In this document: positions 9,512 to 19,967 of the stretch, one piece after another
How positions within the stretch are numbered: position 1 is the first letter of the stretch
Layout: the number at the start of each line of letters is the position of its first letter
Assembly (NCBI GenBank): GCA_965214835.1
Contig: CBDCCK010000002.1
Span: 288,001 to 352,000, forward strand
Origin: Nitrosopumilaceae archaeon
GTDB lineage: Archaea > Thermoproteota > Nitrososphaeria > Nitrososphaerales > Nitrosopumilaceae
Reading direction: 5' to 3'
Length of the DNA stretch: 64,000 nt
The notes under the pieces: model-generated
The model's input: only the letters and a program-made list of their open reading frames with translations
Database searches by the model: none
Told to the model about the DNA's origin: nothing
Translations under genes and position numbers: made by a program

Positions 9512-10653
9512 TAGTCAGCCCATTAAATATTTGAACAGTTTTACTGACAGAACTTCGCGCTTGGCAAACAGCCTCCGTACGGATCGCTCCATGTCATCAA
9601 GAGTATCGAATATCCTGGCAGACAGCCTCCGCTTTATCTCCATGTACCGTATCTTGACGGGGTTGAGCTCCGGCGTGTACGGAAGCAGATATTCCAGCAT
9701 TATCTCGCCATCGTAGTTTTTGTGTCTCCTTTACGCCACCGGACTTGTGGTATGACGCATTGTCCAGGAATATCAGCACCTTGCCGTACCTCTTGTGCAC
9801 CCTTTCTAAAAAGTCGCAAAAGCTGCCGGTGTTGGTCTTCTCATAGAGCATAAAGTAAAACGTCGCAGCTGCCAGCACACCAAACATGTACCGGCGCTAC
9901 CGTGACAGGGACGAGGGCACCGTGACGCTCATGCCGCGCTTTATCCACCCGCGTTTGGGGCTGTTCGAGGTCTTTTGGACGGAGGACTCGTCCTCTTCCA
10001 GCACCGTATACCCTTGTGCCGTCTTTTCCCTGATCAGCTTTTATGATGCATCCTTGAACTCGTTTTGCTTGCGTTTTGAGGCAGCTTTTGGGTTTTTCGG
10101 CCTTGATGTCCTCCACGAAAAGCCCAGCTTGTGTGCCAGCAGAAGCGTGCCGCTCCTGCTGTACTGCACGCCGAACTTCTTTCTGATGTGCAGACTTATC
10201 AGGCGCGAGTCCCACAGGCTGCTCTCAAAGCCGCAGGTCTGTGGGCCTGCCTTGAGATCCGCGCCAAGCTGCCTCATCTGCGACTCGCTCAGCTTGTGCT
10301 TGCGTCCCCTGCCTGGCCGCTCGTGTCTTGCGCGTATGCCCTCCTCCCGGGCGCGGATGAGCCATTCTGATATGGCAGACGTTGACCGGCCGAGGTTCTT
10401 TGCTATCTGCAATATGCTGTTGCCGTCCTTGCGCTGTATGTATGCAAGCAGCCTGTCGCCTTTTCTCTTGTTGGTCTCCTTTTTGTATGCCTGGAGGAGG
10501 TAGGCGCGTGACGTGTTTGGCAGGAACTTGCCCTCCGATGCTACGGGTTGCTTTTTCTGTGTGCCCATGTACATATGTATGACTTCCCTGGTCTTTAGAT
10601 CTTTGGATCAAAAATAGTTGTCAAAACAATCCGTTTTTTTTATGTGTTGACTA
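9512..10653 (-). mobile_element. IS630-family element, transposase pseudogene
   Basis: HTH part 10041-10574, DDE parts ('EDES', 'LDNASYH', 'LLPYTPELNP'); in-frame TAA and TAG plus a frameshift; TIR TAGTCAGCCCATTA/TAGTCAACACATAA with TA ends. Confidence 0.88.
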
Positions 10654-10660
10654 TGGCATA

Positions 10661-10771
10661 GTAACAACTCGGGCTCTGGAAGTTCAGGCGTGAATTTTAC
10701 CGCCAAAGGGACCTTCGCAGATGTAGTTCGTGCCTAAAATCGTAAATCACTTCCAGAGCCCGAGCTGTTAC
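10661..10771. mobile_element. MITE family A copy 1 (111 bp)
   Basis: TIR GTAACAACTCGGGCTCTGGAAGT / ACTTCCAGAGCCCGAGCTGTTAC; flanks ATGGCATA/CTGGCATA. Confidence 0.85.
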
Positions 10772-10815
10772 CTGGCATAGCCTAATATGGACAAAGCGGG
10801 CCGATAACTCAATAG

Positions 10816-11520
10816 TTGTCACAAAAAGAAATCCAGGAATCCCTTGACCTCCTGCAAAAGGACTGGGACATAGACCCGGTACTCTGTGACTTTATGCTCG
10901 GAAAAATCCGGGACGTATCCGATCACACGTTGAAGGTACAAGACGTGGTCTTTCACGTCCCGTACCTTGCATCCCAGAAGAAATACGTCCTGTGGAGGTG
11001 TCACTGGCCCGACTGCCACAACTGCTGCGACCGGCAGGGCAGGCTGCCACTGACTGCCGATGACCTGATTGTAATCGGCAGGGGCCTCAAGTACCAAAAG
11101 ACGTCCGATTTTATCAGGAATGAAACCCTGACCGCATGCCATTCTGAGCCGGGCCCCTCGGGCCAGCTGACAACAATGACCACGGTCAACCTCAAGCGAA
11201 GAGGGGACGAGACCGAGTCCGAGGACGGCACCCACATCTCCTGCAGGTTCCTAGATGAGAAGGGGGGGTGCAGCATGCATCCTGACAGGCCAGGGGTGTG
11301 CTACCTCTACCCGTTCTCCTCGTGGCTTGAAAACGAGCGGGGCAGGGCTCGCGTGCATGCTGCATACCAGCTCACAGGCGACTGCCCCGGGTTCTACCTG
11401 GCAGACTCTGTTGATCCGATGAGCGACGAGCTCGCACAGTACTCCAAAATCGTTTATGACTATGCAATGAAGTCCAGTCGGACGGTGCGCGAGGGCCTTG
11501 GCGCCGCGTCCTTTGGCTAG
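10816..11520 (+). CDS. YkgJ/CxxCxxCC putative Zn/Fe-chelating protein
   Basis: 'CHWPDCHNCC', 'CRFLD..GGCS.HP.RP.VCYLYPF', 'CPG'. Confidence 0.85.
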   Translation: MSQKEIQESLDLLQKDWDIDPVLCDFMLGKIRDVSDHTLKVQDVVFHVPYLASQKKYVLWRCHWPDCHNCCDRQGRLPLTADDLIVIGRGLKYQKTSDFIRNETLTACHSEPGPSGQLTTMTTVNLKRRGDETESEDGTHISCRFLDEKGGCSMHPDRPGVCYLYPFSSWLENERGRARVHAAYQLTGDCPGFYLADSVDPMSDELAQYSKIVYDYAMKSSRTVREGLGAASFG

Positions 11521-12530
11521 GCCCTTGCAACCTTGAACAGGTCTGCCATCCTGATGTCCATCCCAAACCTGGCCTCGTTTTTTTTCATATATCGGAAGAT
11601 TGCAACAAAGTCCGGCAGCGCCCTGATGAACGAAAAGTCCTTGTGGATTTTCGCCCTGACAAAGTTGAAGACCTTGGCGTATACCTTATAGTGTTCGCCT
11701 ATTGCCCTATCATACGCTTCCATGTCATGCATGTTATCCAGGAAGATGTCTGCGCACTGCATGCTAGGTATGATCCCCTCGCCTAGCAGCGCATAGACCG
11801 TGCCTATCGACTCGCCGACGCCTACTACCTTGCCCTTGTAAAACGGCCTGCACCTGTCCGGCGTTGCCAGCCTGATGGGCCTGCCCTTTGTCTGTACCAC
11901 CCTCCCACCGTGCTTTTCCAGGAACGCGTCTGTGGCCTTTATGTGGTTCTTGTTATAGTCGCCGGCACCCACATGCGCCCATTTCTCGCCCAGCGGAAAG
12001 TACCAGAAATACCCGGACATTCCGGGGAACGGCTCTATGTAAAAGTCATCATACGGCACCCCGCCCTCGTACTCGACCTTGTACTCGTAGGTCGGCAGAA
12101 AAAAGTCCTGCTCCAGCTTTGGCAGGTATGCCCTGCTAAATCCCGTACAGTCCACAATCATGTCGTACTCTCCCTCCAGCTGTTCCAGTGGCGGCGACTC
12201 ACCGTAGATGACCTTGGAGTCCTTGATAAAGTCCCTGATCAGTCCAAGCTTGTTGTATGTGCACAGCCCGTGCAGCCCTATGTCGAACCTTGTGCCGCCG
12301 CTCATCCTTACGTGCATGCTTTTTCCGTCATGGATCATAAAGTCATCAAAATTCCTGCCCGCCTTTTTGCAAAACTCCGCAAGTACCGGCTTGATTGTCC
12401 CCCACGCGCAGATGGAGTCGTGCCTTTCTTCGGGGCTTCTCTCGTATCCTACGACCTCGTGCTCGGATCCCTCGAGTCTTGCCATGAGGTACGAGCCTGC
12501 AACGCCCATCCCCATCACCGCAATCTTCAT
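11517..12530 (-). CDS. FAD-dependent oxidoreductase, geranylgeranyl reductase family
   Basis: GMGVAG dinucleotide motif, GYFWYFP, 'VGESIG.V..LLGEGI'. Confidence 0.85.
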   Translation of the reverse strand: MKIAVMGMGVAGSYLMARLEGSEHEVVGYERSPEERHDSICAWGTIKPVLAEFCKKAGRNFDDFMIHDGKSMHVRMSGGTRFDIGLHGLCTYNKLGLIRDFIKDSKVIYGESPPLEQLEGEYDMIVDCTGFSRAYLPKLEQDFFLPTYEYKVEYEGGVPYDDFYIEPFPGMSGYFWYFPLGEKWAHVGAGDYNKNHIKATDAFLEKHGGRVVQTKGRPIRLATPDRCRPFYKGKVVGVGESIGTVYALLGEGIIPSMQCADIFLDNMHDMEAYDRAIGEHYKVYAKVFNFVRAKIHKDFSFIRALPDFVAIFRYMKKNEARFGMDIRMADLFKVARA

Positions 12531-12594
12531 TCAGGGACAATCAAGGCCGGCCTAATAAATAGACTGTCTGCACGGGATCTTCTGTACCCGTGGT

Positions 12595-15474
12595 TTACTC
12601 TACTAGTATTGCAGGCTTGAAGGGCCTTGCATGCCCTGCCTTTCCCTTTGGATCGTAGACGTCCCCGTCTGATCCTGCGTACACCGTGATGCCGGCCCCG
12701 AACTCCCTCCTTGCGATGTCTGCCAGCTCTGCGGCAAGGAAGTTTTTTTCATCAAACCCCTCTGACTCTAGCCTCATCCTCTTGATCTCCTCTGGCTGTG
12801 AGTGCAGATCCCTTATCACCTTCTGCACAAAGCCGGGGATCCTCTTGGCACCGGACGTCTCGGGGTCTGCGATAAGCTCCCTCATTACAGCTCCCATGTC
12901 GTTCTGGCCTCCGACCATCACTCCAAGTATCTTGCGGTATACCCTTGATCTGAACCCGTCCGAATCCACATAGATTACGATTTTTCGTGGTGTGATTTTT
13001 GCCACCCTGAGGATGTTTGCAATGTCGTCCATGGTTGCCCTGAGCAGCTCCTCGGACTGGATTGCGGCCGCATCCACCTCGTCCACTGAGTGCTCCGGCC
13101 ATCGGGACTTGGAGACCAGACCCGGATGCCCCAGCCCCTCCCACATCTCCTCGGCTATGTGCGGCGCAAACGGGGACAGCATCGCCACCCTGGCCGAAAG
13201 AATCCGATGCAGGATCCCGGAATTGTCCTCCCTGCCCTTGGCAGCCGTCCTCTTTGCGTACCAGCCCAGGTCGGACTCGAACGCAAACAAAATATCATGC
13301 AACGCCTCGCGCAGCCTCATCTTCCCTACGGACTCTGTCACCCCGGCAATAAGACCCTGCGTCCTTGATAGAATCCACCTGTCCTCTGCATTGAGGCTGC
13401 CGGCATCCCCCGGCTCTGCCCTTGCGCACTCCTCTAGAAGCGATTCCAGCCTGCTCTGGATGCCTGAGACCGACTCTATGTTAAAGTCTGCGTCCTGGAG
13501 CAGCTCGGCAGACGAGATGATTGCAAGCCTGATTGGATCGGCCCCGTGATCCCTGATTGCCGCACGCAGGGGGATTATGTTCCCCATGCTCTTTGACATC
13601 TTTGCCCCGCCCATCATTACAGAGCCGTTGACTACGATCTGCCGGGGCCATGACTTTTTGTCAAATATGGCCACGTGGTTCAGTACGAAAAACGACAGGT
13701 GGTTCTGGACCAGGTCCCTGCCCGAGTGCCTCGAGTCCACCGGATAAAAGTACGCAAACTCCTTTTTCACCGCATTGACTGCATCCTCAGAAAGCCCCGA
13801 GGCGCCTGCGGCGGTGCCGGCATCCCCCCTGTCCAGCAGGACATAGTCAAAGAACTCCCTGGTCAGGTTCTCCGGAGCTATGGTTCGGTCATTTACAAAC
13901 CTTGAGATCGTATAGTATGCCATGTAGATTACGCTGTCAGAGAGGCTCTCCACTATCCAGTCGCCGTCCCAGGGAAGCCTTGTTCCGAGGCCCTGCTGCC
14001 TTGCACACGCCCTCTCGTGCAGCCACTCAATGACGTCGCCGAACTCCGTCCTGATCTTGCCTGGAAGTATGCTCATCCTGCCAAGACACTCCCTTGCAAG
14101 ACCCTTCCACTGCTCGTCCCCATAGTCTAGGAACCACTGATTGTTGAGCACCTTGACGACGCATTCGGCCCCGCAGCGGCACCGAATGGGGCCGTTTTCA
14201 AGGACGGGAAACCCCTCCAGGTGCCCGTTCTCTGACAGCCAGTCCCTTATGCCGTCCCTGCCGGACCGCACCCTTTGGCCTGCAAAGTCCCCGCACCTCT
14301 CGTTTAGCCTTCCGTCCGTGAACTCCTTGAGGTACAGCTGGCCTGTGGCCTCCTCCAGCCTCTGATCGGACTGGTCTGCAATGCCCATCCCTTCACACAC
14401 ATCCCTTGCCGGAACCTCCCCGCACCCCTCAGTCGTGATGATCCGAACAGGCTCGATTTCCGATGCAATCTTGTGGCCACCCGCCTTTAGGTCCATCAGC
14501 GCCTGATAGTCCTTTGGCGCATGAGCTGGAACCGACATGACCAGGCCCGTGCCCGTGCCCGGCTCCACAAAGCCCGCCTCAAGTATCGGGATCTGCCGGC
14601 CGTCGTGCGGGGCCCTTGCATGCCTTCCAGCCAGCTCCGAACCTGCAATGTCTCCCTCGACCGTTACATCCTTTCCAAGAAACTCCATCCTCTTTGCACA
14701 TTCTTCGGACACTATCCATTTTTCACCGTCGGCCCTGATTTTCTTGTAGACTGCACCCGGATTGACCCAGAGGTTCGTGACCCCGAATATCGTCTCGGGC
14801 CTCAGCGTCGTGACGGGAAACACGAGGCCATCCAGCCCGAACTTGATGAGGTGATTCTTCTCGTCGATTCTCGGCTCGACGTCGCCCATCGTGTCATGTT
14901 GTGATACGGGGTTCTGATCGCGCGGACACCAGCCCACGGGGTGGGAGCCCTGGATGATCCTGCGGTTCTCCCTCAGCGTAGTGATCTGCCACTCGATGAA
15001 CCTCTGGTAGCCCGGGGATATGGTCGTAAACTCCCTGCGCCAGTCAATCGAATAGCCCATCTCGATCATTCCTGACCTTATCTCCTCGTGGAAATAGTCT
15101 GCAATCTTTATCGGCTCGGCGAATGTCCTGATGGCATCCTCGGGTACACGGTATATGTCTCGCAATCCGTCCAGGATCTCCTTTTCCCCCGACTCGATTC
15201 TCCTTGCCATGCCAAGTATTGGCGTTCCGGTATAGTGAAATCCCATCGGAAACAGCACGTTGTATCCGCGCATCCTGTAGAACCTGGCATGGACGTCGGC
15301 TAGCGTGTACGTCCTTCCGTGTCCTATGTGCTGCGGCGAGTTAGGGTACGGATAGGCCACCGTTATGAATTTTTTCGGCCTCTCATCCGGATCTGCCTCA
15401 AAATCCCTGCCTTTGGCCCACCTAGCCCTCCACTTGCCCTCGATCTCGCTCCAGTTAACCTTCACAGCCCTCAC
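12595..15474 (-). CDS. leuS: Leucine--tRNA ligase
   Basis: 'YPYPNSPQHIGH', KMSKS, editing domain 'TTLRPET', 'GTGLVMSVPAHAP.D'. Confidence 0.97.
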   Translation of the reverse strand: MRAVKVNWSEIEGKWRARWAKGRDFEADPDERPKKFITVAYPYPNSPQHIGHGRTYTLADVHARFYRMRGYNVLFPMGFHYTGTPILGMARRIESGEKEILDGLRDIYRVPEDAIRTFAEPIKIADYFHEEIRSGMIEMGYSIDWRREFTTISPGYQRFIEWQITTLRENRRIIQGSHPVGWCPRDQNPVSQHDTMGDVEPRIDEKNHLIKFGLDGLVFPVTTLRPETIFGVTNLWVNPGAVYKKIRADGEKWIVSEECAKRMEFLGKDVTVEGDIAGSELAGRHARAPHDGRQIPILEAGFVEPGTGTGLVMSVPAHAPKDYQALMDLKAGGHKIASEIEPVRIITTEGCGEVPARDVCEGMGIADQSDQRLEEATGQLYLKEFTDGRLNERCGDFAGQRVRSGRDGIRDWLSENGHLEGFPVLENGPIRCRCGAECVVKVLNNQWFLDYGDEQWKGLARECLGRMSILPGKIRTEFGDVIEWLHERACARQQGLGTRLPWDGDWIVESLSDSVIYMAYYTISRFVNDRTIAPENLTREFFDYVLLDRGDAGTAAGASGLSEDAVNAVKKEFAYFYPVDSRHSGRDLVQNHLSFFVLNHVAIFDKKSWPRQIVVNGSVMMGGAKMSKSMGNIIPLRAAIRDHGADPIRLAIISSAELLQDADFNIESVSGIQSRLESLLEECARAEPGDAGSLNAEDRWILSRTQGLIAGVTESVGKMRLREALHDILFAFESDLGWYAKRTAAKGREDNSGILHRILSARVAMLSPFAPHIAEEMWEGLGHPGLVSKSRWPEHSVDEVDAAAIQSEELLRATMDDIANILRVAKITPRKIVIYVDSDGFRSRVYRKILGVMVGGQNDMGAVMRELIADPETSGAKRIPGFVQKVIRDLHSQPEEIKRMRLESEGFDEKNFLAAELADIARREFGAGITVYAGSDGDVYDPKGKAGHARPFKPAILVE

Positions 15475-18143
15475 TCCAAAATCATTGATCTTGCCCTCGA
15501 TGAGGCCTCGCCTTTTTTAGATGTGTTCTTTCCACCTCCCTGGGCAAACCTGCCGTCTCCCCCGCCTGCGCCCCCCAGGATCCCCGCGATATCTCTGGCT
15601 ATGGCGCCTGCATTCCTGCCCGAGTCCTCCCCGCAGTACACAATCACTCGGATTGTCGGCCCTGCCTCAAAGATTCCGCAGTATGCGGCCCCTGCATCGC
15701 CGCTGATCAGCCTGTCGCCAAAGTTGATGTGAAAGTACTCGTCGTATTGGTCGCTGTCAGTAAAGCAGAGTCCGCCCCTGACCTCGATTCCCTCAAGCGT
15801 TCCGGACTCCCCCGAGGTGATCCGCTCCAAGAGTTCAGGTATTTTCTCTCTGGCCATGATCCTCCTTTGCCCCCGATCCTCGTGCCTCTTCTCCCTTTGC
15901 TCTGCAAGTTGTTCTTCCTGTCGCATGCTTGACTCCTGCCTCTTTGTGTACTCAAAGGCGGCGGGCCCGGATACGAACTCCAGTCTTACCACCCCGTCCT
16001 GAATTCTCTTGGCCTTTGTAATCTTGATCAGCTCAATGTCCCCCGTTGCCTTGACATGCGTGCCGCCGCATGCCTCCGTGTCCAGGCCCCCGATAGACAC
16101 TATCCTCACTGACTTTACCGGAACCACCCCGCCCTGGTAGATTCTGAACCCATACCTTTGCTCGGCAGTGCCCCGGTCGAGGTACTTTATGCTTACCGGC
16201 AGGTTTTGCCTGACCACGTCGTTTGCAGCATCCTCGATCCGTCCCACCTGCTCTCCGGTCAGCGAGGAGTGGTGGGTTATGTCCAGCCTGCCGTGATCGG
16301 CCTCCTTGAATGCCGAGTGCTGCCATACCCATGAGCCTAGCACTCCTCTTGATGATGCGTTAAGTATGTGGGTGCTTGTGTGGTTTTTTGTTATGTCGGA
16401 TCTTCGGGATTCATCAACGCTGCAGGAGACGATCTCGCCCTCCTTGGGAACCCCGCCCTCTAGCCTGTGCACTATGATGTCTGCATGCTTGTCCACGTCG
16501 ACCACCCTGAATCCTGCAATCGTCCCGTGATCGGGCTCCTGTCCCCCGCCCCGGGCGTAAAATGATGTCCTGTCCAGCACTACGAACTCCCCGAACACCT
16601 TGAGAACCCTTGCCTCAAACCGCAGCGGATCGCCTTTGTAAAACAGCATGTCCGTTTCTGGAAGCTCTTTTAGTGGAAGTCCCCGGACCTCCTTCTTCCT
16701 TTCTGACTGGTGCAGGTCTGACAGTCTTGAATAGAACGTGGATGGGATCTCCCCAATCACGCCGACCTCCTTGAGGTACTCCGGGGTGACCCCGTCTGAC
16801 TCGTACAGCGTGATCAACTCCTCGACTGAGGGGGAGCCTCCCCCCTCCTTTATCCTGCCTGCAATCTTTTTCATTCTGATCCTTGACTCCCCATATCTTG
16901 CAGACTCTATGCCTAGGATGCTCTTTACGTCCTCCCGCCTTGAGTCAAGCTCGGGATACGTGTCCCTTAGATAGTCGACGTGCATGTCGATTAGCTCGCC
17001 AATGTCAAGCCTCAGGTTCAGCCTGCTGATGGTCCCGTTGATTCTGCGCAGCATCATCCTCAGGTTGTATCCGCCGCCTACGTTGCTTGGGAGTGCCCCG
17101 TCTGAGACTGCAAAGATCAGCGTCCTCAGATGATCCGCGATAAGGTACATTCCCTCCAGAGGCGAAATTACCCTGCTGACCTGCCCGTCTGTGACCCCCG
17201 CGGCCTTTATCGCGTGCCTTCTTACGTCTGACAAATCCCCAAAGTTTTCCAGCGCCCTTGCAATCTCTGTAAAATACCTACTCAGCAGATTCGAATCCGG
17301 GTCAATTCCTGCCTTTTCAAACAGCCTGCCGGTAACCGGCCCAAAGCAGCAGTCGTATGCGGTGGGCGTCCCCATCGTTATCCAGGCAAGCCTTTCGAGC
17401 CCAGCACCCATGTCGATGATCTTCTGGTCAAGCGTGGTGTGCCTTCCAAGCTCCCCCTGAAACTCCGTAAATACAGCGTTTCCCAGCTCCAGTCCCCTGA
17501 CGAAATACTCCAGCGACGGGCCAAACGAGCCCCCGCCTGCCCAGACATCCTCCACAAAGACCACCTCCTCTTTTTTTATTCCAAACCGGTCTGTCAGCAG
17601 CCTAAAGTCCAGGTCCACGCACTCGTCTTTCCAGTACCCTTCCGAGTCCGGAATGCTGTGCTGGCCGATCATGCAAAAGCTTGAAAAATGCCTTCCCGTG
17701 ACGCCTACGTTTTCCAGGTCCTTGAACCTCAGACACGTCTGGGGGACGACAAGCGGGTTTGCAGGAAACTCAAAGACGACCTTTGAGCCCATCACCCTCT
17801 GAAAGTCCACGATTGAAGCGATCGTAAAGAACAGATCGTCTCTCCACCTGCAGACGACCGGATAGCGGCTTACCGAGGTGTGCCCGTTTTGGACAAAGAA
17901 ATCCTCCACCTGTCTCCATGATTCAGTATAGTCGAACCTTTTTGAGGTCGGTGGCTCCCCGATGAACGAGTAGGTATCCTCAGAGTCGCCGGGACAAAGC
18001 GTCCTGCCAGAGTCCAGCGTCCAAAAATACACCCCGCATTTCGGACACGACCTTCTCTCAAATCCCCTCTCCTCGAACAACCTGACGCTGTAGTATCTGC
18101 CGGGATCCGACGAGAACTCTTTTAGGATTTCTTTTTTCTCCAA
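15471..18143 (-). CDS. alaS: Alanine--tRNA ligase
   Basis: Archaeal AlaRS motifs 'RWRDDLFFTIASI', 'DMGAGLER', HxxxH (HTSTH), CGGTH, C-Ala GGGG. Confidence 0.97.
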   Translation of the reverse strand: MEKKEILKEFSSDPGRYYSVRLFEERGFERRSCPKCGVYFWTLDSGRTLCPGDSEDTYSFIGEPPTSKRFDYTESWRQVEDFFVQNGHTSVSRYPVVCRWRDDLFFTIASIVDFQRVMGSKVVFEFPANPLVVPQTCLRFKDLENVGVTGRHFSSFCMIGQHSIPDSEGYWKDECVDLDFRLLTDRFGIKKEEVVFVEDVWAGGGSFGPSLEYFVRGLELGNAVFTEFQGELGRHTTLDQKIIDMGAGLERLAWITMGTPTAYDCCFGPVTGRLFEKAGIDPDSNLLSRYFTEIARALENFGDLSDVRRHAIKAAGVTDGQVSRVISPLEGMYLIADHLRTLIFAVSDGALPSNVGGGYNLRMMLRRINGTISRLNLRLDIGELIDMHVDYLRDTYPELDSRREDVKSILGIESARYGESRIRMKKIAGRIKEGGGSPSVEELITLYESDGVTPEYLKEVGVIGEIPSTFYSRLSDLHQSERKKEVRGLPLKELPETDMLFYKGDPLRFEARVLKVFGEFVVLDRTSFYARGGGQEPDHGTIAGFRVVDVDKHADIIVHRLEGGVPKEGEIVSCSVDESRRSDITKNHTSTHILNASSRGVLGSWVWQHSAFKEADHGRLDITHHSSLTGEQVGRIEDAANDVVRQNLPVSIKYLDRGTAEQRYGFRIYQGGVVPVKSVRIVSIGGLDTEACGGTHVKATGDIELIKITKAKRIQDGVVRLEFVSGPAAFEYTKRQESSMRQEEQLAEQREKRHEDRGQRRIMAREKIPELLERITSGESGTLEGIEVRGGLCFTDSDQYDEYFHINFGDRLISGDAGAAYCGIFEAGPTIRVIVYCGEDSGRNAGAIARDIAGILGGAGGGDGRFAQGGGKNTSKKGEASSRARSMILE

Positions 18144-18241
18144 CGGCTTGGCTTTGATTGCCCGATATTAAGAACTGTCGATTACGATCAATTAAATACA
18201 TAGACTGTCGTAGTTTTCTGTTGTTCGGCAAAAAACCAGCC

Positions 18242-18730
18242 ATGAGGGAAGGCGTTCACGTGTTTGGGACAAGAAAGGACGGCGACTTTAAGAACTTCTT
18301 TTTTGGCATAGTCTCCGGCGTCGAGGGAAGCAGAATCGGGGTAAACGGCATCCTGGTAAACCCTGTGGGCCTGAAAAACAAGATCTCACAAAACAAGGCA
18401 GGCCCGCGCTCCATTGAGATTCTGGAGAATCCCACCCCTGACAACTGCGTCCTGTCGCTGATCTACAGGACAGAACACGAGAACTTTACCGAGGAGATAG
18501 ACCTGGACCAGGAGCAGGTGCTACTGATTCCACCCAAGGTCTATGCGATTCTGGACGGATGGATCAGAGAGTCAATCCCTGAGATAATCAACAATGTCCT
18601 GTCGCTGGCAGGCGGCGCCGAGCGGGATCAGGCAAAGCGGGTGCTCAGGCAGAGGATGGATACCATTGCCGACAAGGGCCTCAGGCGGACAATGTATTCT
18701 GTGTGTCGGAGCCTCAAGATTCTTAACTAG
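18242..18730 (+). CDS. Conserved hypothetical protein
   Basis: 162-aa ORF from ATG 18242, divergent from alaS, coding-like composition. Confidence 0.7.
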   Translation: MREGVHVFGTRKDGDFKNFFFGIVSGVEGSRIGVNGILVNPVGLKNKISQNKAGPRSIEILENPTPDNCVLSLIYRTEHENFTEEIDLDQEQVLLIPPKVYAILDGWIRESIPEIINNVLSLAGGAERDQAKRVLRQRMDTIADKGLRRTMYSVCRSLKILN

Positions 18731-18889
18731 GCGCTCGCACTATATCACGCTCACGGCCGGATCCACCCGGTCCCGTCTCGGATGCACTGTCGCGTACTGG
18801 CAGGTATGACTTGGCATGGGCCAGGCCAAGTCGGTGCTGCGGGTCTTGCACTGGCTCTCAGACCGGCCCGCCGATAGATCATGCGCGGC

Positions 18890-19867
18890 TCACATCTTTC
18901 GCATCAGGGAGTATCTTCGCGCCTTGATGAAAAAATACGCCGCCAGTCCGCCCAGAACCACCGCAATTGCGATCACCGAAACGAACGGCTCCCCCATGTC
19001 CATATAGGGCACACCCGAATCCGGCGCGAAATTTACATCCTCCACCCTGCGTTTATGGATTTCCAGAGACTCCTCCAGGCTGCTTGTCGTGCCGTCAAGT
19101 GGCCGGGGCTCCGGCAAAGCCTCCACTGGAGCCTCCGTGATACTTTCACCTGCACCGTCAGGAGGCACGGGTGCCGGCAAAGCCTCCGGGGACTCTGAGG
19201 GACTGCTTGTCGTGCCGTCAAGTGGCCGGGGCTCCGGCGAAACATCCGTGTAACTCCCATCTGCACCGTCAGGAGGCACGGGTGCCGGGGCCTCCCCTGA
19301 CGTGTCTTTACCTGCCTCCCCGACACTTCCGGGATGTTCGGACGGCTTGCCTTCTACCTGTGGCTCTGTAGGGATTGCATCGGGCGTTGTTTTTGAGACC
19401 TCATCCTGACGCTCTGGTTCCGGAGGTACTCTGGACTGCTCCTGCAGATACGATATGGAAAACAGCCCTGCCACGGCTGCCACTCCGACCCCTGCAAACC
19501 TGTAGATTGTCTTAAACGAACGAATGAAGGACTTGCTCTCCCTTGCCCTGTCTGATACCTTTGACGGCAGAATCACTATTGCGAATTTCGTTGCCTTGTA
19601 GTATTTCATGTCGTGGGCCTTGATGTTTTTCCCAATCCTTGATATTTTCACCATTCCGACCTGCTGCATTTTATTCAGGTGGTACTTTACAAGCTGCAGG
19701 GAGATTCCTGACTTTAGTGAAATCTCGCTTGCAGTCAACTCCCCCTCGAACAACAACTGTAAAATCGTCCTGCTTGAGTTGTTTGTCAACAGCTCTCCGA
19801 CCACCTTTATCTTCTGATCATCGGAGAGAAAGATCTCAATCTTGTCGGAGTCGGTATTGTCTGACAT
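18890..19867 (-). CDS. Membrane-anchored ArsR-type wHTH regulator with Pro/Glu-rich repeat linker
   Basis: N-terminal 'SSRTILQLL.EGELTASEIS...SLQLVKYHLNKM..GMV'; two hydrophobic segments. Confidence 0.85.
   Translation of the reverse strand: MSDNTDSDKIEIFLSDDQKIKVVGELLTNNSSRTILQLLFEGELTASEISLKSGISLQLVKYHLNKMQQVGMVKISRIGKNIKAHDMKYYKATKFAIVILPSKVSDRARESKSFIRSFKTIYRFAGVGVAAVAGLFSISYLQEQSRVPPEPERQDEVSKTTPDAIPTEPQVEGKPSEHPGSVGEAGKDTSGEAPAPVPPDGADGSYTDVSPEPRPLDGTTSSPSESPEALPAPVPPDGAGESITEAPVEALPEPRPLDGTTSSLEESLEIHKRRVEDVNFAPDSGVPYMDMGEPFVSVIAIAVVLGGLAAYFFIKARRYSLMRKM
19080..19290. repeat. Internal duplication in the ArsR gene (PEPRPLDGTTSS and PAPVPPDGA, each twice)
   Basis: CTGCTTGTCGTGCCGTCAAGTGGCCGGGGCTCCGGC at ~19080 and ~19203; CTGCACCGTCAGGAGGCACGGGTGCCGG at ~19150 and ~19261. 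Confidence 0.85.
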
Positions 19868-19967
19868 GGTGACTGCCTCACTGCCTTCTGAACCAGGGTA
19901 TGTAAAATTTTTGGTAAAACCATGATTTCATCAAACGCTATAAGTGGATTTTATCTATATGTTTTCA

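Noticed and set aside
10030-10060. Programmed -1 frameshift in IS630
   Set aside because: The downstream DDE region is in the same frame after a plain TAA, and further stops follow; this is decay
18731-18885. Cobalamin-riboswitch-like words on the minus strand
   Set aside because: Only fragmentary matches, and located between convergent gene ends
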